A stretch of DNA of 63,796 bases, filler included, from an uncultured bacterium (lineage in GTDB: Bacteria > Latescibacterota > UBA2968), in NCBI GenBank assembly GCA_964471275.1. It is 5 parts of 5 records of this genome, joined end to end, with 100 filler letters (N's around TTAATTAATTAA, not from the genome) between each part and the next. Parts side by side here need not be neighbours in the genome. Positions count along the whole stretch, not along the records: positions 41,141 to 54,633 come from CAYYGZ010000127.1; 4 more parts are not named here. The stretch is one strand, 5' to 3'. The position numbers and the translations under genes are program-made. This document shows, in pieces, positions 41,141 through 50,743 of this stretch. Under the pieces are notes generated by a model. That model was not told the origin of the DNA, did no database searches, and worked only from the letters and a program-made list of their open reading frames with translations. The first letter of the stretch is position 1, and each line of letters begins with the position of its first letter.

Positions 41141-41671
41141 AGAATATGGATATGTGCGCTCGCTGTCGGAGCGCTGGGCTGCAGCGATCGGCTGGCAGAC
41201 ATGCAGGCGGCCTGCACAGGCACGTGGCAGCTCGAACTACGGACGATGGCTGACGGGTCGGAGATTCGACCGCCCCTGATCCAGGGAGCAATCCATTGGG
41301 AGCCGATCGATTCACGGAAGGCTCACATTTCCGTCACGCTTGTGCAGAATAGTGGCGACCATCAGGTCTTTGATCATTCTCTGAGCACCTACGAGATTTC
41401 GACGTCAGCGATCACGCGGAAGCGACACGCCCTCATACAGCGGGGCTACCGTGAACGCGTAGGGTCGCCGCTCAGCCACTACGTGCGCGGCAAGACTGAG
41501 AAGGGCAAGGCGTCTGTCGAGGGAGACGAGATCACATTTTTCCACGCGGCCAAGGGTGAGACTGGTGTAGAGAAGGGCGGAGACGAGGGATTCACTCAGG
41601 TTTTTTCTGGCGAGGTAATGACCGCTCGCTATTCGAATGGGTTCAGGGATACGTGGCGACGCATTCAGTAG
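41141..41671 (+). CDS. Putative lipoprotein, lipocalin-like beta barrel (start cut by contig edge)
   Basis: Frame open from 41141: RIWICALAVGALGC (lipobox-like), GTWQL, C-terminal TWRR. Confidence 0.6.
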   Translation, partial: RIWICALAVGALGCSDRLADMQAACTGTWQLELRTMADGSEIRPPLIQGAIHWEPIDSRKAHISVTLVQNSGDHQVFDHSLSTYEISTSAITRKRHALIQRGYRERVGSPLSHYVRGKTEKGKASVEGDEITFFHAAKGETGVEKGGDEGFTQVFSGEVMTARYSNGFRDTWRRIQ

Positions 41672-41913
41672 GCCCGATGTAGGTCACACGGTTGACTGAT
41701 GCAGGATTTCGCCAAACCAGTCCTCGAGGCGCCTGCTTAACCTTTCCCATTTTGTATCGGTGGGAGGCTAAGTAGGCGTCTTTTTTTTATTGCCAATAAC
41801 GCTAAGTTGTTTAAAAAAGAACTGTTTAGCGGGTTTCGGTTGTCTCTGGCGGGACAGAGATCGGAAAGGGCTCCCGGTTGCGGGAACAGGTACAGACGAA
41901 GTGATCTGAGTCC

Positions 41914-41953
41914 AAACAAAGAGGCCAAGGGTAGGTGCTTCCCCTTGGCCTCT
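41914..41953 (-). terminator. Rho-independent terminator downstream of lepB (possibly bidirectional)
   Basis: GAGGCCAAGGG/CCCTTGGCCTC stem followed by TTTGTTT on the minus strand. Confidence 0.7.
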
Positions 41954-41987
41954 CTTGTCTTCGGCCCCGCGTCTTCTGTAGCAACAT

Positions 41988-42656
41988 CTAAGGGAGGAAC
42001 CCGAATCGTCCCCAGCGTATGGATCGAGTCAGAGCCCACAGTGGATGGACAACATCCCTCGAGAACAGGATCAGACGCGGCCGTGCCTTGATGTTTTCGA
42101 GGGAGATCGGGCCGAAATACCGCGAATCGTAGCTATTGTCGCGGTTATCGCCGACAACAAAGATGTGCCCCTCCGGAACCTTGTAGGGCGCGTAGTTGTC
42201 TCTTGCGATGAACCGGGCCGGTAAAACACGCGGATCTGTGTTCTTGACGCCCGGTGGGTTCTCGAACGGCGCTCCGTCGATGTAGATGACCTTGCTCCGG
42301 ATCTCGATCGTCTGCCCTGCAACAGCAATGCAGCGCTTGAAGAGGTCCTTGGTCTCGTCTTCCGGGGATTCGATGATGACTAGATCACCTGGGCCGGGAT
42401 CGCGGAACCCCGGCATCCTGAACGAAGGAACCTTGGTCTCGAAGAAGGGCAGTCGGTCCGGAACCTGTGTTCCGTAGGTGATCTTGTCCGCGATGACGAA
42501 GTCGCCGGTCAGGATGGTGTCTTCCATCGATCCCGAGGTGACGTGGTAGGCCTGGACAACGGTGGACCTCACAAGAATCGACGCACCGATCACGACCACT
42601 GCGCTCTTGATGAATTCCTTGAGGGTGCTGCTCTTGGGAGGCTTGCGTTTGCTCAT
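41988..42656 (-). CDS. lepB: Signal peptidase I
   Basis: SGSMEDT (Ser), KRCIA (Lys), GDNRDNSYDSRYFG. Confidence 0.93.
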   Translation of the reverse strand: MSKRKPPKSSTLKEFIKSAVVVIGASILVRSTVVQAYHVTSGSMEDTILTGDFVIADKITYGTQVPDRLPFFETKVPSFRMPGFRDPGPGDLVIIESPEDETKDLFKRCIAVAGQTIEIRSKVIYIDGAPFENPPGVKNTDPRVLPARFIARDNYAPYKVPEGHIFVVGDNRDNSYDSRYFGPISLENIKARPRLILFSRDVVHPLWALTRSIRWGRFGFLP

Positions 42657-42991
42657 CTACGTCCATCCGTTTCAATGACTAACTGTTGTATGGCCTTATT
42701 GACCTCTAAATGTCAGCATAAACGCCTTTCTGACAACACTTTTATGACTTCGGAAACCTGGTTTGTGTTTCCAGGGATTTGTTCGCCGAAGTACTCGACC
42801 GCAGCAAACCTGCTATGCGCCCGGGTGCGAGACACAAGGGCGAAGTAGGATGGGCCCCCGCTTGATGACTTGTCTGATAGGCTGGCCGATATGTATCCTG
42901 TCTACCTGCTCCGCGGTGTCGAGGGTCAGGGCACCCGCTGTGTCTGGACCGTGCAGGTGGTTGGACAATAAAAAAACACGAAAGGCAAGGA

Positions 42992-44326
42992 GTGAGTGAT
43001 TCCTATGACGGCTGGACGTCCTACTACAGCCTGGTGATTCCGCATCCATCGGAACCAGCCGTTCTGATGACTGAAGACGAGGGCATCCATAGCCTCCCCA
43101 CCTTACGCATCGAGGACTTCTGCTGGTACCGTCACACGGGTGAAGCGAGCAGGTTCGTGTTCCGGGAGTCGGACCGGGAGTGGCGTATTCTACGATGCGT
43201 GAGCTGCGTCGATGATTTCGCTGACCGGATCTCCCGACGGGTATACCTGGTTCACAATCCATATCCTGTGGACGCAATGGAGGGTGAGTGGGTCCATCGG
43301 CCGAGACTTACTGAGGCTCGGTTATCCAATCCAGAGCACAAACCGATGATCCGTGGATGTTTGGACGAGATCGGGGGGCGATCCACATACCACAGGCCCG
43401 AGTGGACGATGAGCAGGTGGTGGGAGCCGACAGTCGCGTGGTTCGAGGACCAGCTGACGACACTCGGTTGTGAGCCTCTCTCACGAGTCACCCAGGAATA
43501 CAGTTGGCCTCTGTCGTCCATCCTGCGTGCTCGAACGTCGTCAGGTGACCACTACCTGAAGGCGTGTTCGCGTGTGCCACCGTTCGTGAATGAGCCTGTG
43601 CTGACCGAACGCCTCTCGACGCTGTTTCCCGATTGGATCACGGCTCCTCTTGTCACAAATCCTGAACGCAGATGGATGATCCTGCCCGGACTCGGATACC
43701 CGATCCGGGATGCGTCGGACGACGAGAAGGCCGAGGTGCTGCTCGCCTTCGGAAGGCTTCAGGTTGCGTCCGTTCAGCACGTCCGGAGTTTGCTGGAGAT
43801 CGGATGTCCGGATCGTCGCCCCGGTGCTCTGGAGCGAGAAATCGGTTTGATGATTCGCGTTGGCGGGGTTATCGCGGGTCTCGATCAGGATGAGCAGGCG
43901 CGACTGCAGGCTGCCGAACCTTTGATCGCGAAGCGGATCGATGAATTGTCTGAGTATGGTCTGCCCAGCGTCGTCGCATACGGAAACCTGCACCTCGGAA
44001 ACGTCTCTCGCCCCAACGGCCAACTGCAGTTCTTCGACTGGGGGCAAGGCTGTGTTGCCCATCCATTCCTGGATATCTGGTCTTTTGTGCAGGAGTCTGA
44101 GCTCGATTCCTGGCCGATCGACGAGTATCTCGCACTGTGGGACGACCATGTGCCAGGACATTGGCTTCGGGAGGCCCTATCCCTTGCGGAGGGGTTGGGC
44201 GGCATCCTTGAGATGCTCGATCAGTTCCACGCATGCGTGCAGATCCGTCCCGAACCGGAAGAGCTTCCGGACAGCCTGTTACGTGGGTTGCGCGCACTGA
44301 TGGATTCGTTCGCCGAGACGTGTTGA
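42992..44326 (+). CDS. Aminoglycoside phosphotransferase/choline-kinase-like fold protein with degenerate catalytic loop
   Basis: YLKA, NEP, YGNLHLGNV (expected HGDLHxxN), FFDWG, HPFLD. Confidence 0.75.
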   Translation: MSDSYDGWTSYYSLVIPHPSEPAVLMTEDEGIHSLPTLRIEDFCWYRHTGEASRFVFRESDREWRILRCVSCVDDFADRISRRVYLVHNPYPVDAMEGEWVHRPRLTEARLSNPEHKPMIRGCLDEIGGRSTYHRPEWTMSRWWEPTVAWFEDQLTTLGCEPLSRVTQEYSWPLSSILRARTSSGDHYLKACSRVPPFVNEPVLTERLSTLFPDWITAPLVTNPERRWMILPGLGYPIRDASDDEKAEVLLAFGRLQVASVQHVRSLLEIGCPDRRPGALEREIGLMIRVGGVIAGLDQDEQARLQAAEPLIAKRIDELSEYGLPSVVAYGNLHLGNVSRPNGQLQFFDWGQGCVAHPFLDIWSFVQESELDSWPIDEYLALWDDHVPGHWLREALSLAEGLGGILEMLDQFHACVQIRPEPEELPDSLLRGLRALMDSFAETC

Positions 44327-44354
44327 CGATCCCTACTACGCGAATACCCCGAGG

Positions 44355-44705
44355 ATGACGGGAGAGGCCGTGTTTACTGAGAAGAAGCTGGCCGCAGACG
44401 TGTCGTCGCTGGGTGTCCAGGAAGGTATGGTTGTTCTGATGCACACTTCGTACAAGGCAATCGGTGCAGTCAAAGGAGGACCGACGGCCGTGCTGCGAGC
44501 GCTTCTCTCGGCGGTAGGGGAAAAGGGGACGCTCGTTCTGCCGACAATGTCGCTCAACCTTTGCGATCCGTCGGAGGAGGAGAACGCACATCCCGAGGAT
44601 CAATGGGAGCACGTGCGAGGGACCACGCCGCTGTATGATCCCGCCACATCGCCCACGATCTTTATGGGCATCATCCCGGAGACCTTCCGACAGATGCAGA
44701 CCTGA
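44355..44705 (+). pseudogene. AAC(3) family N-acetyltransferase, N-terminal fragment
   Basis: LGVQEG.VVLMHTS..AIG.V.GG, GTLVLPT, MGIIPETFR then stop; HP and C-terminal motifs absent. Confidence 0.8.
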
Positions 44706-44956
44706 TGCCGGACAGTGCGACCATCACAAACGTGTTTTCATACGGACACAGGGGAAACGCATACCTGTGGACGGATCCTCACGTTTCGAATCAGATGCTC
44801 GCTTTTCATCTCGACCCGGATGCAGATGCCGCCAGCCGCGATGTGAAGACGGTTGATCGAACGGTCACCTGGATCGCTGACCAACTTGTGGTCAACGGGT
44901 CCGCAGCCCACCGATTCTACTTCGCCAACGCCGTTCTAGTATTCGACACCGCTTGA
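44705..44956 (+). pseudogene. Class I SAM methyltransferase N-terminal fragment
   Basis: LWTDPHVSNQML.FHLDP..DAASR...VDRTVTWI; the DLGCGPG SAM motif that normally follows is missing. Confidence 0.6.
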
Positions 44957-45285
44957 CGAGCCGAATTGTGCGGAGTTTCCGCGACTTTGACGATATCGTT
45001 GATCGTGGCGCGGGTGGTGATGACGACAAGGTCCAGGGGGCTGTAGAAGTAGCCGGTTGCGACCTCCGACAAGTCAAAGCTCGCTCTGTTCCATTCGCCG
45101 TGCTTGACGAAGCCGGGAACATCCTCCGTCATGTAAGCGATGTGAGGAAACTCGTCCGAGGGTTGCAGGTCCAGTGCTGGTTTCGCACCGACGTCTACAA
45201 AGAAGATCTGCCAGTTGAAGCTGTGGGTGGCCGTGGGTAGGATGGTCAGGAAGCCGAAGATCAGTGTGGTTCTCAGGAATACCAT
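44917..45285 (-). pseudogene. N-terminal fragment of a secreted beta-propeller-like protein
   Basis: Signal peptide then KPALDL...PHIAY...GYFYSPLDL; sequence turns unstructured after ~88 aa. Confidence 0.45.
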
Positions 45286-45579
45286 CGCGTGCCTCGGGAT
45301 GGGACTTTGATCGGGTCACACTTCAAAGGGTCTGCGTCATAGGCTGTACCGCAAATTGCGTAATGAGACCTAGCTGAGAGAGTTCTAAGAGTTTATATAA
45401 CAGCAGTTTAGAATGTATGCTCTGTGCTGTAATTCGCAACAAGGTGAATCGGGATCATATGCTAGGGTGAGAGTAACTCAACAGCCAGCGGTCTTGACAG
45501 GCGAAGGGGAATTCGATTGGTTGCAAGACGAAATGGGGCCAAAGGTGTGCGTGGGCATTGCTGCGAATTGGAGGGAACA

Positions 45580-46311
45580 ATGGCTGAGAAAGAAGTGATG
45601 ATGGATCGGATGACCCGGCGCGAGTTCCGTGAGGGGATCGCGCGCGGCGACTTTCAGTCCGCGATCATTCCGACGGGGGCGTGTGAACAGCATCTCGAAC
45701 ACTTGACGACGGGACACGATATCCGGCACTCCTCACACATTGCCCGGGAGGCGGCTATGAACCTGCATCCGCAGGTGGCCGTTACCGTGCCGATGAATCT
45801 CGGGATCTCAGAGCATCATATGGTCCACAAGGGGACGATCACGGCGAAACCGGGCTCCTGGCTGGCGGTTCTGTTTGACGCGGTCGAGAGCGTAATCCGG
45901 CACGGTGTCAAGAACGTGTTGATCCTGAACGGGCACGGGGGCAACGTAGCACCCGTCCGGGGCATCCTCGGACAGTGGCAGCTCTATTTCAAGCTGCAGG
46001 CGCCGGGCACCAACCTTCACTTTGTTTCTTATTGGGATCTCATTCCAAAGGCGTTCGCCGATCAGCATCTCAAGACAAAGCGGTGTCCTGGACACGCACA
46101 GGAGTTTGAGACCGCTACGGCGCTCGCGCTGTTCCCGGATAGTGTTCGCCCAGATGCGATGCAGGATCAGGAGGATAGGGAACCGCTCAAGGCGACGGCA
46201 GAGGCGGGGCAGGCGCTGGTGGACGAGGCGATCAGGCAGGTGACCGACTATGTGAAGGGGATGGCCGCCGGGAGCAGCCGTCAGGATGAGGGGGCGAAGT
46301 TTCATCCGTAG
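45580..46311 (+). CDS. Creatininase family amidohydrolase
   Basis: PTGACEQH..HL...D, GISEHH, GTI, NGHGGN, GHAQEFET; GGAGGG RBS. Confidence 0.92.
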   Translation: MAEKEVMMDRMTRREFREGIARGDFQSAIIPTGACEQHLEHLTTGHDIRHSSHIAREAAMNLHPQVAVTVPMNLGISEHHMVHKGTITAKPGSWLAVLFDAVESVIRHGVKNVLILNGHGGNVAPVRGILGQWQLYFKLQAPGTNLHFVSYWDLIPKAFADQHLKTKRCPGHAQEFETATALALFPDSVRPDAMQDQEDREPLKATAEAGQALVDEAIRQVTDYVKGMAAGSSRQDEGAKFHP

Positions 46312-46374
46312 GTCGTGGAAAGCGGAACAAGGGAGCAGGCGATGAATATCGAGAATCTGCGAGCGGGAGTATGA

Positions 46375-47556
46375 TTGACGAGTAAACTTGCTTCACGGCC
46401 GGTGATGCTGATCAGCCTGGCGACAGCCTTCTCACTGCTGGGCGACCAGATGCTCTACTCCGTCCTTCCGACCTATTTCACCGAGATCGGCCTGATGCCC
46501 TATCAGGTCGGTCTTGTGCTTTCTGCAAACCGGTTTATCCGGTTGATTACAAACCATCTCGCCGAACATCTCTGCCGACGCGTGCGGCTGAACATCCTGA
46601 CGGTTCTGGCGTTCGGATTCGGTGCCGCAGTTACCTTCGCCTACGCGCAGCTGACACACTTTGCGCTGCTGATCCTGGCACGGATGGCCTGGGGGCTGTG
46701 CTGGTCGTTTATCCGGCAGATCGGGCTGATGACCGTTGTCGAAAGCTCAACTGATGGCACGCTTGGCCGGTCGATGGGCGTGTATTCCGGAGTTTCTCGA
46801 ACGGGCTCGGTCGCGGGCAATCTTCTCGGCGCCATCAGTCACGATACGGTCGGGTACAATGCTACGCTGATCGGGTTCTCGGCTATTTCAGTGTTGGCGA
46901 TTCCGCTGGGTCTGATGTCGAGAAAGGGTCTTCACCATCATATCGCAGAGGACGGAGCGCAGCAGAATGGTGCGAACGGCTGGGGGTTGCTGTTCTGCGG
47001 TTTTATCGTTGGATGTGTCGGATCGGGTCTGGTCATGTCTACGCTTGGTCTGGTCTTGAAGCAGACGGTGGGGAATGAAGTCGCCCTCTTCGGGTTAACG
47101 ATCGGTGTTGCCAGCCTGAACGGACTGTTTCTTTCGGTGAGATGGATTTCCGACTTCTTTGGCGCCCCTGTCCTCGGCCACGTCGGCGACCGATTGGGCA
47201 GGCCTCGCGCAAGGACGTTGTTCTTCGGAGTCGGGACATTTGTCCTGCTGATGTCAGCAACGATGGATTCGCTGACGGGCATCGGACCGTCGGTACTTCT
47301 GTTCTTTCTCTGCGGAGTCGGGTTGACAACGATTCTCATGGCCGAAGCAGGTCGACGTGGCTCCAGGACGACGGCCCGTTACGTGACGGCGTCTGATCTC
47401 GGGGCCGCGCTGGGACCCACCCTGGGTTGGACGTCACAACAGTTCATGTCTTCGACCGATGTGATCTTCCTGATGGGCGCGGCGCTCTACTGCGTGGGAC
47501 TGGTCGTCAGTCGCTGTCTGAACAGATCGGAGCTGAATACGGGTTCATCCGGCTAG
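46375..47556 (+). CDS. MFS transporter
   Basis: SLLGDQMLY.VLP, NRFIR, GHVGDRLGR; about 12 hydrophobic segments. Confidence 0.88.
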   Translation: MTSKLASRPVMLISLATAFSLLGDQMLYSVLPTYFTEIGLMPYQVGLVLSANRFIRLITNHLAEHLCRRVRLNILTVLAFGFGAAVTFAYAQLTHFALLILARMAWGLCWSFIRQIGLMTVVESSTDGTLGRSMGVYSGVSRTGSVAGNLLGAISHDTVGYNATLIGFSAISVLAIPLGLMSRKGLHHHIAEDGAQQNGANGWGLLFCGFIVGCVGSGLVMSTLGLVLKQTVGNEVALFGLTIGVASLNGLFLSVRWISDFFGAPVLGHVGDRLGRPRARTLFFGVGTFVLLMSATMDSLTGIGPSVLLFFLCGVGLTTILMAEAGRRGSRTTARYVTASDLGAALGPTLGWTSQQFMSSTDVIFLMGAALYCVGLVVSRCLNRSELNTGSSG

Positions 47557-48015
47557 CGACCGGCCGAAGTTCTGCGCAAACACGAGGAAGTCCGTGAAGT
47601 CAACGTCACCATCGTTGTCCAGGTCGCCCAGCAGTCCGGTCGAATCGCCTGTCATAACGGAGACCGACGGGATGTCATCCGATGCCCAGATGTTGATTCC
47701 CGATGAAGTCTTTACCTCGATCTGACCGCTGCCATCTTTGGCAAACGCTTCGACGACATCCGTCCCGCCCTCGTTCGATATGGTCATTCTTCCCACGTTC
47801 ATCGTGTCTATACCGAGAGTGGCACTACCGGTTCCCGCAGTATTGGAGACGCGCGTCGGGATAGCTGTCGCCGCAACGCTGAAGAAAGCGGTTACGATTA
47901 CACAGACCAGTGCCGAGAACCTGCGTATACAGAGGTTCTCTCTCTTCAGCTGATCAATTTCATCACGAATTGCGGCCAGTTCGCCGCCGGTCTCTATGGT
48001 TTCACGGTTCATCAT
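47545..48015 (-). CDS. Membrane-anchored hypothetical protein with C-terminal dockerin/EF-hand-like motif
   Basis: Coiled coil plus TM helix; terminal GDLDNDGDVDFTDFLVFAQNFG; GAGGAAGG RBS. Confidence 0.7.
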   Translation of the reverse strand: MMNRETIETGGELAAIRDEIDQLKRENLCIRRFSALVCVIVTAFFSVAATAIPTRVSNTAGTGSATLGIDTMNVGRMTISNEGGTDVVEAFAKDGSGQIEVKTSSGINIWASDDIPSVSVMTGDSTGLLGDLDNDGDVDFTDFLVFAQNFGRSLAG

Positions 48016-48038
48016 TCCTTCCTCAACGGATCCTGGCA

Positions 48039-49418
48039 TCAATGATCGATGAATGCCTGTGAACCATCCTCCCACGTCCCCCCTACCGGTCTCAGTTGAC
48101 CGCCTCCCTGAACAGGCAGATCCTTCCCCTCTTTGTCCTTAGACGAGTGATGGTCGAACCAGTTCTCCATAATTCCCAGCATTTCCCGGATTCGGTCTTC
48201 TTCGATTGGGTCATTCGCTTGGTTGTGGCGCTCATCCGGGTCATTTCTCAGGTCATAGAGCTCGTGCGGTCCGTCCGGATACCGATGCACATATTTCCAT
48301 TCTTCAGTCCGGATCATGCGTGTACCGCCATACTCGTCATAGATGACGACACTGTCTCTCGACGCGTCGGACTCACCGGTAAACGTCGAGGCAAATGATC
48401 GTCCTGGAAGTTCGAGGTGATCCGGGACGGATACACTGACATAATCGAGGAGAGTGGGCATGAAGTCGATCGCGCTGAACATGCCGGATGCCACCTGGCC
48501 GGTCGGTATCCGATCCGGGTGGCTCACGACGAAGGGAACCTTGATCGAGTTCTCATACATGTTCAGCGGGTAGGTCCCGTTCCCCTTGCCCCAGAATCCG
48601 TAATGTCCGCAGCTGAAGCCATTGTCGCTTGTGAACACCACCAGCGTGTTGTCTCTGATGCCAAGATCCTCGAGTCTGTCGAGGATCCGCCCGACATCGC
48701 TGTCCATAGCCGTGACTGCGGCGAAGTAGCCTTTCAGCATTTCACGATCTCCCAGACAGTGCGTGAGGGAGCCCGCTCCGGGGTGCTGCTCTTCCTGTGG
48801 ACAGGAGTCGAACGCGCAGTCGTCATAACTGTCGACGATGTCTTGGGGATGACCGGTCCACGGGCTGTGCGGTGCGGTGTAGTGAACGCTTAGGTAAAAC
48901 GGGGTGTTACCCACGGCCTGGCGATCGATGTATTCGAGTGCGTCATCTGTAATGACGTTCGTCACATACCCCGGCGCTTCGAACAGTTCGCCATCACGGA
49001 TCATCGGTGCGTTGTTGTAAGGCCCGCCGCCCTTCTCGTGCACAAACCAGTGACTGAACCCGTTTTGAGGCAGGACGCTGTTTCCGAGGTGCCACTTCCC
49101 GCTGATCCCGCACGTCCAACCGCTCTTTGCGAGCAGATCGGTGTAGCCCGTCTGGCCTTCGAGATATGCTGCCGCTTCCACACCGTGGTTTCCCTCGCGG
49201 ATCCAGTCGTGCACGCCGTGGTGGGACGGCATCTGGCCCGTCAGAAACGACGCGCGACTCGGCGAGCAGACCGGTGAGGCACAGAAGAAGCTGTCAAAAC
49301 GGATGCCCGTCGCAGCGATCCGATCGATGTTGGGCGTGCGGATCTCGGGATTGCCGTAGCAGCCGGCGGCCCAGGGACCCTGGTCATCCGTGAGGATGAA
49401 GATGATGTTGGGATTCAT
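48039..49418 (-). CDS. Formylglycine-dependent sulfatase (Cys type)
   Basis: PNIIFILTDDQ, CSPSRASFLTG, GKWHLG, APHSP, SDNG, ELYDL..DPDE. Confidence 0.95.
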   Translation of the reverse strand: MNPNIIFILTDDQGPWAAGCYGNPEIRTPNIDRIAATGIRFDSFFCASPVCSPSRASFLTGQMPSHHGVHDWIREGNHGVEAAAYLEGQTGYTDLLAKSGWTCGISGKWHLGNSVLPQNGFSHWFVHEKGGGPYNNAPMIRDGELFEAPGYVTNVITDDALEYIDRQAVGNTPFYLSVHYTAPHSPWTGHPQDIVDSYDDCAFDSCPQEEQHPGAGSLTHCLGDREMLKGYFAAVTAMDSDVGRILDRLEDLGIRDNTLVVFTSDNGFSCGHYGFWGKGNGTYPLNMYENSIKVPFVVSHPDRIPTGQVASGMFSAIDFMPTLLDYVSVSVPDHLELPGRSFASTFTGESDASRDSVVIYDEYGGTRMIRTEEWKYVHRYPDGPHELYDLRNDPDERHNQANDPIEEDRIREMLGIMENWFDHHSSKDKEGKDLPVQGGGQLRPVGGTWEDGSQAFIDH

Positions 49419-49487
49419 ACGGGCCTCTTGAATGGTTTGGGATGAGAGTGAGGCCGTGAGAGAGAACGGGTTGTCCGCTTGACGACC

Positions 49488-50596
49488 TGGAGTTAGTCCG
49501 GTTGAGTGGACAGTTTTTGATTTGGGCTATTGTATGCAGCTTCGAAGTTCAGGGGTGATGTCTGTCGGATTTTTTTGTGTCGTCGATGTGGATTGTACCA
49601 GCCTTCGATGTAGTTAAAGATGTCGCTCTGTGCTTGAGATTGATTTCTGTATGTGCGCCGGTCAATACGTTCGCACTCCAGAGTCGCGAAGAAGCTCTCA
49701 CACATTGCGTTCTCTGATCAGAATGATGGATGACATCCTTAGGTCGTCGTTGCTCAATCGCCATCTCTAGAGCAGCCAGGACGAGATCCGTGCGGAGATG
49801 TGGCTCCATTGCTCAGCCGATGATCCTGCGGCTCCAGACGTCCATCACAACGGACAGATACAGGAAGCCAGTCCAGGTTGGGATCTGTGGCGGTGAACTC
49901 GCGATCGACTAAGTCGGCTGCAGGTCGACCAGAAAGAGACCGTCGTGTTGTTCTCGTTGATCTCCGGCGACAGACACCACGGAGGCCTGCCTGATGCATC
50001 AGTCGAGCGATACGCTTCGGTGAAACTCCGATGCCTTCTTCGACCAGGTCGATCAAGATCCTGGGCACACCATATGTGCCGTCAGATCTCTTGTGGAAGT
50101 GCCGAATGTGTTCCAGCCACACCGCATCCTTCTGCTGGCGTTCTGAAACAGGTCGCTTGAGCCACGCGTAGTAGCCGCTGGTGGAGACGTCCAGCACACG
50201 GTACATCGTAGCGATCGGATATAAAGCCTGATGAGCATGCACGAACTCGAAGATTTCTGTCCGTGTTCGGTCTCCTGAGCAAACCAGGCCGTGGCTTTTG
50301 TAAGAATCTCCCGCTCCTGCTTCACCTTGGGAAGCTCTCTGCGTATGCGATGGAGTTCCTCGCGCTCGTCAGTTGTCAGGCCGTCAGTGCGAAGACCTTG
50401 ATCCCGATCGCCAGTTCCGAATCGCCTGTGCTGACGGCTCGAACTCGCGCGACAACTCTTCGGGAGTGCGACCCGCGTGGATCATCTCTACCATCCGAGC
50501 CTTGAACTCAGATGGGTACGGTGGGCGTGACTTGGGCATTTTGACATCCTCCTGTTCAAAAGGATAAAGGATGTCCACTAAAGCGGGTCAACTCCA
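49488..50596 (-). mobile_element. IS3 family insertion sequence, internally degraded
   Basis: 25-bp terminal IRs (20/25 identical, TG...CA), ACC target duplication, broken orfA (MPKSRPPYP...EREILTKA) and orfB (STSGYYAW, TYG.PRI, HHSDQ, CESFF, YN..RRH). Confidence 0.92.
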
Positions 50597-50743
50597 ACCT
50601 GACGATCTCGCTTGCCTATCCCAATATTCGCCCCAATTGACGACCGCACAACAGACTCATTCCTGCACCGTTTGATTTCGGTGATGGCATGCGGTATGGT
50701 AGGAGCCGTCGTCCTGGATATGACTTCAGAAGGAGTGTGAAAG

